Sequence record: NC_019410.1
DNA: 64,000 nucleotides
Strand: one strand, 5' to 3'
In this document: positions 1 to 8,092 of the stretch, piece after piece
Layout: each line of letters starts with the position of its first letter
How positions within the stretch are numbered: position 1 is the first letter of the stretch
Program-made: the position numbers and the translations under genes
The notes under the pieces: model-generated
Database searches by the model: none
What the model saw: only the letters and a program-made list of their open reading frames with translations
Told to the model about the DNA's origin: nothing

Positions 1-1253
1 AGCCGCTCGGGCTTGACGTCGTAGCACGAGCCGTCGATCGCCCAGGCGCCCTCCTTGGGGTCCCAGGTCCAGGGCGCGTCGTTCATCGTCGCCAACACCC
101 CGAAGGCGTCGCAGCGGTCCTTGCCGTCGCGCAGCACCCCGTAGCCGAACTTGGCCTTGCCAAGCATCGTGGTCCATTCGAGCAACACCGTCGGCTCGAT
201 GTTCAGCGCCGAAAGATGCCGGGCCAGACGGCGCGTGTTGGCGGAGGCCGGCGAGGAAATGCCCAGCACGTCGTGCTCGAAGATCGCCCAGTCCTCGTAG
301 TCGGCGAACCGGCAATGTTCGGGATAGTCCTCGAACACGCGGTCGCGGTCGTATTTCGGATCGTAGATGTCGCGGAAGTCGTAGTGCCGCCCGCCGCCGC
401 GAATCAGGGTGGGGTTCGTGTTGAGCCTCAGGGCGTAGCCAAGTTCGATGTAGCGATTTTGGCGCTCGGCCGCGCGTCCCAGCGTCGAGGAATCAGGCAT
501 CCAGCACCCGGTCCACTCCCCTTCCGGTCCCCAGATGAACAACTGCGCGATCTCCGGGCGGATGTTACGAAGGTGCGGCTCGGTGGGCGGCAGATAATAG
601 GCCAGATCACCGATCTTGAACCGCATGCTCTGGACGTGCTGTTCGTAGCGGCGCACGGCGTCGTTATAGCGACCGCCTGAAAAAGGCTCGATCATCCTGG
701 TCGCCATCGCGTAGTCCTTACTCATCAGCCAGTCCATGGCTTGCTTCTGATAGGGGTAGGGCTGAAAGGCCTTGACCATCTTCTGGCTTATGACCGTCTC
801 GGACTTCAGTATCTGAGCCATGGTCTCCTGGAGGCGCGACTTGCCGGCTTGCCGGGGCGCGACGAGGAGGTCGCCCAGGCCCAGGGTGGTGTCCTCGATG
901 ATCTTGAGATCGTTCCAGGACGTCGCGTGCGCGGTGACGCTTCCCACGGGCGAAGCGGGGTCGACCCCGAGGATCATCTTGCCGATCTTGTGGTCGAACG
1001 CCGCCACGATCTGCTCGATCTTCGAGAGCGGCGCGGTGTCGTCGAGGGGATAGGCCACATCGAGCGTGCTCGCCGGCAGCGGCGGCTTGGCGTAGGCTTC
1101 CCGCAGCTTCATGAGCGCGTCGGCCGCCTTGCCGGTCGGGGCGATGACCTGGGCGATCGCCGTTTCCGGCGGACGGGCGGTCTTGCCGCCCAGGCCCAGA
1201 TTGCTCAGGAAGGCCGGCTCAGGCGGAACGGAGGGGGACGACAGGCTGATCAC
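1..1253 (-). CDS. hypothetical protein, partial (runs off left edge; start uncertain, GTG 1253 or ATG 1112)
   Basis: Manual translation gives an open frame with GC3-rich codons to base 1 (...MKLREAYAKPP...FDAFGVLATMNDAPWTWDPKEG-like); absent from the track because it has no stop. Confidence 0.7.
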   Translation of the reverse strand, partial: MISLSSPSVPPEPAFLSNLGLGGKTARPPETAIAQVIAPTGKAADALMKLREAYAKPPLPASTLDVAYPLDDTAPLSKIEQIVAAFDHKIGKMILGVDPASPVGSVTAHATSWNDLKIIEDTTLGLGDLLVAPRQAGKSRLQETMAQILKSETVISQKMVKAFQPYPYQKQAMDWLMSKDYAMATRMIEPFSGGRYNDAVRRYEQHVQSMRFKIGDLAYYLPPTEPHLRNIRPEIAQLFIWGPEGEWTGCWMPDSSTLGRAAERQNRYIELGYALRLNTNPTLIRGGGRHYDFRDIYDPKYDRDRVFEDYPEHCRFADYEDWAIFEHDVLGISSPASANTRRLARHLSALNIEPTVLLEWTTMLGKAKFGYGVLRDGKDRCDAFGVLATMNDAPWTWDPKEGAWAIDGSCYDVKPER

Positions 1254-1857
1254 CTCGGAGATAGAGGGGATGGCGCGGGTGGCCGTCCTTGGACTTCCCG
1301 AGGCACTTGACCTCGACCCCCGTGATTTCCGCCTGCTGGACCGCGCCATAATCCTGATCCTTGAACTCTCCATGCACGCCCCAGGCGGCGATCACGTCGG
1401 CGCCGGCGGTCATGGCATATTCGAACACGTGCTGGAGGACGCGGGCGTTCATCGGCCCGATCGGGTCCTCGGCCGCCTTCATCTCCGCCGGCGAGGGCGA
1501 GCGGAAGGCGAAGAGATTGGCGACGATGATCCCGCCATAGTCGTCCCGACGCGCAAAGCCCATGCAGCGGCGGATCGTCGGATCGTCCAGCCGCGCCGTC
1601 GCGGTCGACGGGTTCAGCATCAGGAAGATCAGCAGCGGCTTGCCGGGGTCCCAGACCCGCATGAGGAGGTAGCGGAAGGTCTCGCACCGCGACAGCAGGG
1701 CGGCCTTGATCACGCCTTCCTCCATCACCGCGTCGCCGTAGACGTCGGTCAGGTCGGGATCGAACACGGCCTCCAGCGAGGTTCCGTCCAGGACCTGGAG
1801 CAGGCCTTTCCAGGTGGCTTCCGCCACCTCGGCGTCGATCTGGGGTGCTGTCGTCAT
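1219..1857 (-). CDS. DUF1643-like protein
   Basis: Motifs FLMLNPSTA, DDPTIRRC, NLFAFRSPSP, AAWG, GHPRHPLY; ATG 1857 preferred over the track start at 1893. Confidence 0.85.
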   Translation of the reverse strand: MTTAPQIDAEVAEATWKGLLQVLDGTSLEAVFDPDLTDVYGDAVMEEGVIKAALLSRCETFRYLLMRVWDPGKPLLIFLMLNPSTATARLDDPTIRRCMGFARRDDYGGIIVANLFAFRSPSPAEMKAAEDPIGPMNARVLQHVFEYAMTAGADVIAAWGVHGEFKDQDYGAVQQAEITGVEVKCLGKSKDGHPRHPLYLRGDQPVVPLRSA

Positions 1858-1861
1858 TCCT

Positions 1862-1896
1862 GACATTTGCCCTGAAACGCCAGGGCCTGTCAACGC
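1862..1896 (-). promoter_or_regulatory. possible sigma70 promoter for the DUF1643 gene
   Basis: GCGTTGACA (TTGACA 1893-1888) directly after a terminator; -10 box is poor (GCAAAT). Confidence 0.35.
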
Positions 1897-1904
1897 TTGA
1901 AATC

Positions 1905-1934
1905 AAAAGGGCCGCCCCGGCGGGACGGCCCTTT
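1905..1934 (-). terminator. rho-independent terminator
   Basis: Minus strand AAAGGGCCGTCCC-GCC-GGGGCGGCCCTTTT: hairpin plus U-tract. Confidence 0.85.
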
Positions 1935-2124
1935 CTCGATCTTGTCGAACTTCGCCGATCCGAAACCGGGGCTTCCCGGCGACCGCCTCGGAGTTCGACC
2001 TTGTAGCGCCTTTAACGCTTGCCCCGCGTCGCGGCTTGGGAGCACCGAGCCTTGACGCTGATCTAGTGGGCGGCAGGTGATCGCGGCGGTCATTGCCTCC
2101 TTCAAGGGCGAGGCCCTCTCATGC
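1905..2124 (-). ncRNA. candidate structured ncRNA (~220 nt), family not recognised
   Basis: Largest non-coding gap; flanked by TTGACG-N17-TAAGCT and a terminator; several complementary segments; only ORF has atypical codons. Confidence 0.5.
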
Positions 2125-2130
2125 CCGCGC

Positions 2131-2159
2131 AGCTTAGGCGGCGGCGCGGATCACGTCAA
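2131..2159 (-). promoter_or_regulatory. sigma70-type promoter upstream of candidate ncRNA
   Basis: TTGACG (2159-2154), 17 nt, TAAGCT (2136-2131). Confidence 0.65.
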
Positions 2160-2539
2160 TCCCCCGGATAGCTGGCGCAGACCTCACGCAGGATCGAGCG
2201 CAGCGGCTCGCCCGGCACCGCCAGGGGCTTGAGCTTGCGGCTCTCGTCCCAGGCCATGGCGTTGGCGTGCAGGAGCCAGAGGACGAAGGCGCGCAGGTCC
2301 TTGGCCCCGTCGGGCAGCGGGATGCCGCGCGCGGTGGGGACGTGGAAGACTCGCCCATCATCCGTGTACGCGAGAACCTCGTCGAGCACCGTGGCCCGCT
2401 TCTTGGCCTCGGCGAGGACAGCGACACCTTTCTGGAACTCACTGACCTGGATGAGCGCCCGACGCTCCTTAGGGAAGTGGGTCTTGGTCCACCAGGAGGG
2501 CTTGCTGTTTGAGGACACGGTTACGCTCCAGGAGGGCAC
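2156..2539 (-). CDS. hypothetical protein (start uncertain)
   Basis: Coding-like frame (SEFQKGVAVLAEAKKR...); stop TGA lies within the -35 box. Confidence 0.6.
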   Translation of the reverse strand: MPSWSVTVSSNSKPSWWTKTHFPKERRALIQVSEFQKGVAVLAEAKKRATVLDEVLAYTDDGRVFHVPTARGIPLPDGAKDLRAFVLWLLHANAMAWDESRKLKPLAVPGEPLRSILREVCASYPGD

Positions 2540-2732
2540 GCAGCGAGGGGATGTCGCCGTCCGCCATCTGGTAGAGGCGGACGAACTCGTCGTAGTCGTA
2601 CTCGTTGATGAGGTCCCGCATCGCCTGCGGGAGCTTGTCGATGGTCTTGAAGAGCCGGCGCCGATAGCGCTGGGCCTCCATGCGCCGGCGGATGGCGGCG
2701 TGGCGCGTCTTGGCCGCCCGAACGCGCCGCAT
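2469..2732 (-). CDS. hypothetical protein
   Basis: ATG overlaps upstream TGA; MRRVRAAKTRH..., 87 aa. Confidence 0.7.
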   Translation of the reverse strand: MRRVRAAKTRHAAIRRRMEAQRYRRRLFKTIDKLPQAMRDLINEYDYDEFVRLYQMADGDIPSLRALLERNRVLKQQALLVDQDPLP

Positions 2733-3241
2733 CAGGCCGCCGGGGCGATCCAGTCCTCGCGGTCGTCGGCGTAGAGCACCGCCGCCAGCTTCCCCGTGCC
2801 GATGTCGCACTTGGCCGCCGCCTCGACCGCCTGGGGCGCGGTGGCCCCCATGTGGAGCGCGCCCAGGGCCGACCACGTGCCCGAGCCGAAGGCGTAGAAC
2901 GGCGCGCGCATGGTGTAGGCCGGCGCGCCGCTCTCGAACCGCAGGCAAAGACCATCGGGCAGGATGATGTAGCCGTTGGTCTCCTTGTCCGGCTTCTCGG
3001 GGCGCCCCATGTCGCAATAGGCGTCGCGCCCGCCGCTGGCCAGCCACTCGTCGAAGGCCGGCGAGCGCACCCAGTCGTTGAAGATTTGGACGTAGGCCGA
3101 TTCACCCGCCGCGCCGAACAGCAGCGTGCCGCCAGGACCCTTGCGCTTGCCGATCTTCTGGACATTCCCGCAGGGCGTCCAGAGGTCGAGAACCCGAGCG
3201 TCAGCGGCCAGCACGCCGTCGCGATAGACGATACACGTCAT
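2732..3241 (-). CDS. HslV/proteasome-beta-like Ntn hydrolase
   Basis: N-terminal M-T-C-I-V...LAAD (Thr1 after Met removal); FGSG...ALGAL..GATA.QAVEAA.KCD..TG. Confidence 0.75.
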   Translation of the reverse strand: MTCIVYRDGVLAADARVLDLWTPCGNVQKIGKRKGPGGTLLFGAAGESAYVQIFNDWVRSPAFDEWLASGGRDAYCDMGRPEKPDKETNGYIILPDGLCLRFESGAPAYTMRAPFYAFGSGTWSALGALHMGATAPQAVEAAAKCDIGTGKLAAVLYADDREDWIAPAA

Positions 3242-3271
3242 ACGTCCAAACTCCTCAAAAGCAACTTCAGA

Positions 3272-3964
3272 TCAGCGCGGGGCTTGCGGCAGGCGCTTGG
3301 CCGCCGGGTTCCGGGCCGAGCCCGTGGTCGGACCCGCCAGACGCCCGACCTTCTCGGCCTTGAAGCCCTCGGGGCGCAGGGGCGTGCGCGACTTGCCCGA
3401 CGCGGCGGACCGCTCCTTGACGAGGTCATCGCCGCCCTGGGTCTGGGGCGTGGCGCCCTTGATCACGCCGCCCTTGCGGTTGACGTTCGGGGAGTTGACC
3501 GACTGGACCTGCCCGTTGGTGCCAGCCGCGATCTGACGCGTCGTCAGATCGACCAGGGCGTCGGCGAAGGCCGACAGCAGGGCCAGGGCGGAGTCCTCGA
3601 CCGGCTTGGCCGAGACGCCGGTGAAGCCGGTGTCCTCGTGCTTGGCCTTGCCGCTGATCCGCACCGAGATCAGCCGGGTCTTCTTGTTGCGGAACAGGCC
3701 CGAGACCTCCTCGCGGGTCGAGACGTCGACGCGGGCGCCGGGCGCGACCGTTTCCAGAAGGGCCAGGGTCGCGTAGTAGCTGTTGACGAAATTGAGGGCC
3801 GAGCCCTTGGGATGGCCGACGGCGGCGGCGATCTTGGCGAAGCCGTTGTCGATCACGGTGCTGGCGAGGCTGGTCGGATAGGACTCGGTCAGCAGATTGT
3901 TGACCTGGGTCTTCAGGGTCTTCAGTTGGTTGATGTCCAGGGTGAGGGCGCGCTTGGCGACCAT
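3272..3964 (-). CDS. hypothetical protein
   Basis: 230 aa, SD GGAG, GC3-biased codons. Confidence 0.75.
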   Translation of the reverse strand: MVAKRALTLDINQLKTLKTQVNNLLTESYPTSLASTVIDNGFAKIAAAVGHPKGSALNFVNSYYATLALLETVAPGARVDVSTREEVSGLFRNKKTRLISVRISGKAKHEDTGFTGVSAKPVEDSALALLSAFADALVDLTTRQIAAGTNGQVQSVNSPNVNRKGGVIKGATPQTQGGDDLVKERSAASGKSRTPLRPEGFKAEKVGRLAGPTTGSARNPAAKRLPQAPR

Positions 3965-3974
3965 GGTCTTTCTC

Positions 3975-4511
3975 CTAGTCCTGCTCGTCGATCTGGCGAG
4001 CGCGTTGAGTGTTACCGTGGCGATAATCGTTCCAGTGGTCCATCTTGACGAACTTCCCGCCCACCGTGCGTTGGACGAAAATCCCGTCCGGGGAGATCAG
4101 CCCGTATTTCTCGTCCGCCTCGTTGATCATGCGGAAGAACTCCGCCTGCCAGGGGATCGGCATCTCCTGGAGCGACACGCGCGGCAGGCAGAGCCAGGAG
4201 GCGTAGGAGAGCCCGAAGAAGTAGCTCGACGGGGTGTCATGCAGCGGCACGTCGCCGGCGTAGTGCGTCACGTGCCCGGTCTCGGGATTGCGCGCCGAAT
4301 GGCTCCAGGCGGCCCAGAGATCGCGGCGGCTGGCCTCGGCGTCGGCCTGACCCCGGATGATCGCCTGGACGTCTGGCGTATAGCCCGAGAAGGCGGTGGT
4401 GTCGTTCTCGTCCAGGCAGTCGGCCAGGGCCGCGCGCAAGGCCGATCGCAGCTTGTCCTCGGTCAAGGTCGCGTCGGCGGCGATCTGGGCGATACGGTCG
4501 CGGAAGGTCAT
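3975..4511 (-). CDS. hypothetical protein
   Basis: ATG 4511 overlaps upstream stop; C-terminal YFFGLSYASWLCLPRV segment. Confidence 0.75.
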   Translation of the reverse strand: MTFRDRIAQIAADATLTEDKLRSALRAALADCLDENDTTAFSGYTPDVQAIIRGQADAEASRRDLWAAWSHSARNPETGHVTHYAGDVPLHDTPSSYFFGLSYASWLCLPRVSLQEMPIPWQAEFFRMINEADEKYGLISPDGIFVQRTVGGKFVKMDHWNDYRHGNTQRARQIDEQD

Positions 4512-4936
4512 TGGCAGACGTCCTTGGCGTCGCGCGCGGTCACGGGCGACATGTAGGTGTCGGGGTCCCAGGCGCCGGGCGTGCTGCCGCCATAGACATA
4601 GTCGCCCGGCGCGGGCGGCGTCATCGACCCGCCGTTGCTGGCGACCTTGCCCGGATTGGCGTAGGCCGAGAGCCACAGGCGCCCGTCGCTGCCGCGCAGG
4701 ACGAATTGGCCGTTCTGGCGGCAGACGCGAGCGATGGTCATGCGCCATGCGTAGTTGAGCTTGGCCTTCTTGGCGGCCTCGTCCCGCAACCACTGCTCAT
4801 GCCCCAGACGCGCCCAGCGCGCCTTCTTGGCCACGAGGTCCTTGTGCTCCTGCGACCAGAGGGGGTGGTTGTACTCGTCGCACGCCGAGAGGCTGATCCC
4901 GGCGACGACGAGCAGGAGGAGAGCGCCGCGCCGCAT
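4508..4936 (-). CDS. putative lipoprotein
   Basis: MRRGALLLLVVAGISLSA-C lipobox; ATG overlaps nadV stop. Confidence 0.75.
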   Translation of the reverse strand: MRRGALLLLVVAGISLSACDEYNHPLWSQEHKDLVAKKARWARLGHEQWLRDEAAKKAKLNYAWRMTIARVCRQNGQFVLRGSDGRLWLSAYANPGKVASNGGSMTPPAPGDYVYGGSTPGAWDPDTYMSPVTARDAKDVCQ

Positions 4937-6366
4937 CAGGCGATCTCGTAGCCGGCCGCGACCCGCTCGCGGATTTGGTCCAGGGTCGCCGGCTCCAGCA
5001 CCTTGCCGGTGTTGAAGACCTCGTCCAGCAGGTCGTGCTCGACGACGTCGCCCTCGTGGACCGTGATGGTCTCGAAGCGGCCGTCCTCGGTCGTCACCAG
5101 GGCCAGCTTGCCCTTCTTGGAGACCTTGCCCGGATCGGTGATCGGGTCCTTGTAGATTTCGACCCACTCGCCGTTGATCTCCTGGGCCGAGGACTTCATC
5201 GCCCACTTGTTGGTGTCGCGGTCCAGGTCGCCCGTCGCCAGACCGCCGCCGGCGGCCGTGATGATGCTGTCGGGCGCGACGCCGATGTTGCGGGCCAGGA
5301 TGAACGGGTCCATGTGGGTGTTCTCGTTCATGCCGTCGCCCTGGAGGGCCTTGGCGCCCAGGTTCAGCACGTCCAGGCCGTGGCTGTTCTTCTGGGTCCC
5401 GAAGCCGGCGGCCAGGGTCTGGACGACCGGCGGGATGACCTTGAAGAGGTCGCCCGAATCCGGGCGGCAGACCGGGGTCAGGTTCTTGTTGGCGATCAGT
5501 TCCTTGCGCTCGGTCAGCTTGCCGGCGAAGCGGAAGATGTCCCAGGTGTCGCCGACCAGCGAGAAGATCGAGCCGGGAGGCGCCTTGTTCAGGCAGTGGT
5601 CGATATAGTCGTCGTCGTTGTCGCGCCCGAACGAGCACGAGATCGAGTGCTCCGAGGCCAGGACCGAATAGCCCGACATCTCGCTGAAGTAGTTGATATT
5701 CGCCGCCCGCACGCCGGGGACGTTGTCCGAGCCCTGGAAGTGGAAGAGGTGGGCGATGCCGGCCAGGACCGAGTGGTCATAGCCCATGGTCCCGCGCGAG
5801 GAGAAGTCGAGGAAGGCGAACGGCGACATCGGGGTGTCGCTGTTGGCTTCCCAGAAGCTCTTGATCCGCGTGGCGATGCCGTTGACGCGCGCGGCGATCG
5901 TCGAGGCCGTCCAGACGTCGCGCAGGATCATGGTCTCGAAGTAGGAGGTCAGCCAGGGCAGGCGCGGGTCGAGGTTCTCGACCGAGATCAGCGCGTTGCG
6001 GATCGGGATCATCACGCCCTCGGGCGCGGCCTTGATCCGCAGCGGGAGATAGCCGCCGTACTCGTTCAGGATGATCTCCCAGCCGTCGCGGTTGAACGGC
6101 AGGCCGTGGGCCGGCACGAACGCGGCCATCTCCTCGACGTCGGCGCGGGTGACCGGCTTGCCGAGCTTCTGGAAGAGCAGGCGCTGGAACGCCGCCAGCA
6201 TCACCTTGGGATAGCGCCCGCCCCGGCTCTCGATGTAGCTGTAGACGGTGGTGCAGCCGTCGCGATAGAGCACCCAGTGCCCCAGCTTGTAGCTGTCGGT
6301 GTCGGCGATCAGGTTATAGGTCTCGACGGGCGGCGTGCCGTCCCAGTTGGCGAGGTCAAAGGCCAT
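4936..6366 (-). CDS. nadV: nicotinamide phosphoribosyltransferase (NAMPT/NadV)
   Basis: Motifs TDSYK, DFSSRG, SEHS, RPDSGD, QGDG, GGGL, KDPITDPGKVSKKG. Confidence 0.95.
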   Translation of the reverse strand: MAFDLANWDGTPPVETYNLIADTDSYKLGHWVLYRDGCTTVYSYIESRGGRYPKVMLAAFQRLLFQKLGKPVTRADVEEMAAFVPAHGLPFNRDGWEIILNEYGGYLPLRIKAAPEGVMIPIRNALISVENLDPRLPWLTSYFETMILRDVWTASTIAARVNGIATRIKSFWEANSDTPMSPFAFLDFSSRGTMGYDHSVLAGIAHLFHFQGSDNVPGVRAANINYFSEMSGYSVLASEHSISCSFGRDNDDDYIDHCLNKAPPGSIFSLVGDTWDIFRFAGKLTERKELIANKNLTPVCRPDSGDLFKVIPPVVQTLAAGFGTQKNSHGLDVLNLGAKALQGDGMNENTHMDPFILARNIGVAPDSIITAAGGGLATGDLDRDTNKWAMKSSAQEINGEWVEIYKDPITDPGKVSKKGKLALVTTEDGRFETITVHEGDVVEHDLLDEVFNTGKVLEPATLDQIRERVAAGYEIA

Positions 6367-6380
6367 GATGAGGTCCCCCT

Positions 6381-7622
6381 TTAAGCGTTGAGGCTGAGCA
6401 TGCGGTCCACGATGAAGGCGTGGTCCTCGAAGGTGTCTCCGGGGTCGATCTCCGAGATCGGGTCCCAGTCGGCGGCGGCGGCGTCGTCATGGCCCTGCAC
6501 GTGCGGCAGACCCAGGCCCAGAGGCGGGGGCGGCAGGACGAAGTGGTAGGCCGTGGAGATGATGTGGGCGCGCCGCGAGCGGTGCGGGTCGTCGAACACC
6601 TGCGGATCGCCAATCTGATAGCGGCGCAGCAGGTGCATCGCCTTCAGCACGCAGTCGGGCGCCGGCGGGGCGGCGGACTTGGTCTTCTCGGCCGCCTTGC
6701 ACGCTTCCAGCCACGCGCGGTACTCCGGCAGATGGGCGGGCGGGATGAACAGCGCCGTCTCCTCGATCACCTCGCGCAGGCAGTTGTCCATCAGCGAGCG
6801 ACCGGCGTTGACGAAACCGCCCGGCAGGGCCTTCATTCCAAAGCCCTCGGGGCCGCCGCGCCGGATGCGCAGGATGTGACCGGCGCACTCGACGACCGCG
6901 TCCACCGCCAGGAAGGGGCCAGCGCCCCAGCGTTCGCGATAGGCGTCCTCGGCCTTCTTCTGCGACATCAGATAGGCGTATTCCGGGCGGTCCCGGAACC
7001 GTTCCAGGAAGTCGATCGTGCTCGGGTAGAGGAGATCGGTCCAGGCGTAGCCGTTGTCGCTCCACGAGGTGTCGCGGAAGTTGACGGCGCCGGCGAAATA
7101 GGCCTTGCGCAGGGCGGTGGCGTTGACCCCGTTGTCCTCGACCGGGGTGTAGGGCCATTGCGGGAACCACGTCAGATATTCGCTGGTGGCGTCGCGGATG
7201 TTGCCGATCAGGGTGACGCGCGGACGCAGGACCTTGGAGGCGTTCTTGACGTGCTGCTGGACCTGGGCGATCCACTCGTTCTTCCCGTAGGGGCCGGTGT
7301 CATTGAGCGCGATCACCTCGGTGCGGCTCAGGAGGTCGAGCACGAGGGCGGCGTGATCGTCCACTCGGCTCTCGACGGTCTCGGCCTCGCGGCCGGCGTC
7401 GGCCTCTTCCTGGGCCAGATCGCTGAGCCCGTTCAGGATCATCTCCTGGCGCTCGCGGAAGGTGAAGGGGTTGCGGGTGTCGCGGGCGAGATTGGCCGAA
7501 CCGACGAACCACAGGACCTTGCGGGCCTTGCGGCGCGCGGCCTGGAAGAGGCGGAAATGACCCATCCTGGTCACCAACTGCCCCCGCGTGATCAGCACCG
7601 CGATGTCGTATTCGAAGTCCAC
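6381..7622 (-). CDS. nadM: bifunctional NMN adenylyltransferase / Nudix ADP-ribose pyrophosphatase (NadM-Nudix, NatV-like)
   Basis: GSAN.ARDTRNPFTFRERQEMI, NATALR; Nudix LPGGFV...LREVIEET; FEDHAFI; adjacent to nadV. Confidence 0.9.
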   Translation of the reverse strand: MDFEYDIAVLITRGQLVTRMGHFRLFQAARRKARKVLWFVGSANLARDTRNPFTFRERQEMILNGLSDLAQEEADAGREAETVESRVDDHAALVLDLLSRTEVIALNDTGPYGKNEWIAQVQQHVKNASKVLRPRVTLIGNIRDATSEYLTWFPQWPYTPVEDNGVNATALRKAYFAGAVNFRDTSWSDNGYAWTDLLYPSTIDFLERFRDRPEYAYLMSQKKAEDAYRERWGAGPFLAVDAVVECAGHILRIRRGGPEGFGMKALPGGFVNAGRSLMDNCLREVIEETALFIPPAHLPEYRAWLEACKAAEKTKSAAPPAPDCVLKAMHLLRRYQIGDPQVFDDPHRSRRAHIISTAYHFVLPPPPLGLGLPHVQGHDDAAAADWDPISEIDPGDTFEDHAFIVDRMLSLNA

Positions 7623-8050
7623 TATCGCTTACCCCTCATTCTGAAGCCGGGCCGGATGCGCCGGATCGGCTTGTTCTCGTCCAGGGAGCGACCCCCATAG
7701 CCGCTCAACTCGCTGAAACCGTTCATGCGCACCGCGAACCGGCGCGTCTTGACGGTCAACTGGTCGCGCTCGAAACCGCGCTCGACCAGCGTCAGGTCGA
7801 TGACGTCGCCGAACACCTCCCCGTGGAAGATGCGCCGCCGCGCCCAGGCGATCGCCGCCCCGAGGTGCGGAAATTCCCGGTGCCGCTCGGCGTCCCGGAT
7901 CGAGACGCCGTCGGCATAGCTGGCGTCGACCCAGTCCAGTTTGACCTCGCGGCGCGGCGCGGTCACCTTCTTGAACTCGATCGGCGGCGACGGTTGGCCC
8001 AGGCCACCCGTCTCGATGTCAAAAACCGCGTAGGTGATTGTCTCCGTCAT
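7622..8050 (-). CDS. hypothetical protein
   Basis: ATG 8050 immediately downstream of a promoter. Confidence 0.7.
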   Translation of the reverse strand: MTETITYAVFDIETGGLGQPSPPIEFKKVTAPRREVKLDWVDASYADGVSIRDAERHREFPHLGAAIAWARRRIFHGEVFGDVIDLTLVERGFERDQLTVKTRRFAVRMNGFSELSGYGGRSLDENKPIRRIRPGFRMRGKR

Positions 8051-8058
8051 GCCTCGCG

Positions 8059-8091
8059 ACACTACGCTTTGGGTTCTTGTATTGTCAACAC
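8059..8091 (-). promoter_or_regulatory. sigma70-type promoter, very short leader
   Basis: GTGTTGACA-N18-TAGTGT; no TGGC box or GACGACAAC leader. Confidence 0.7.
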
Positions 8092-8092
8092 A

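Noticed and set aside
1890-2105. 71-aa ORF in the large gap as a real protein
   Set aside because: AT-ending and rare codons (CTA, TTA, CAA, CGA), SD only 2 nt from the ATG, and it reads through a terminator; kept only as the alternative to the ncRNA
1905-2124. Cobalamin riboswitch, HDV-like ribozyme, tmRNA, 6S or SRP identity for the candidate RNA
   Set aside because: ACCUGCC and GGGAAG occur in the wrong order for a B12 switch; no room for HDV P3/L3; no tag ORF or CCA end; not rod-like; no SRP helix 8 motif. Infernal is still needed
4975-6384. Long antisense ORFs (also 6420-7700, 13089-14753, 17598-19028, 46648-48018, 62377-63930 and many more)
   Set aside because: Shadow frames opposite motif-bearing genes in high-GC DNA; no SD, promoter or recognisable motifs
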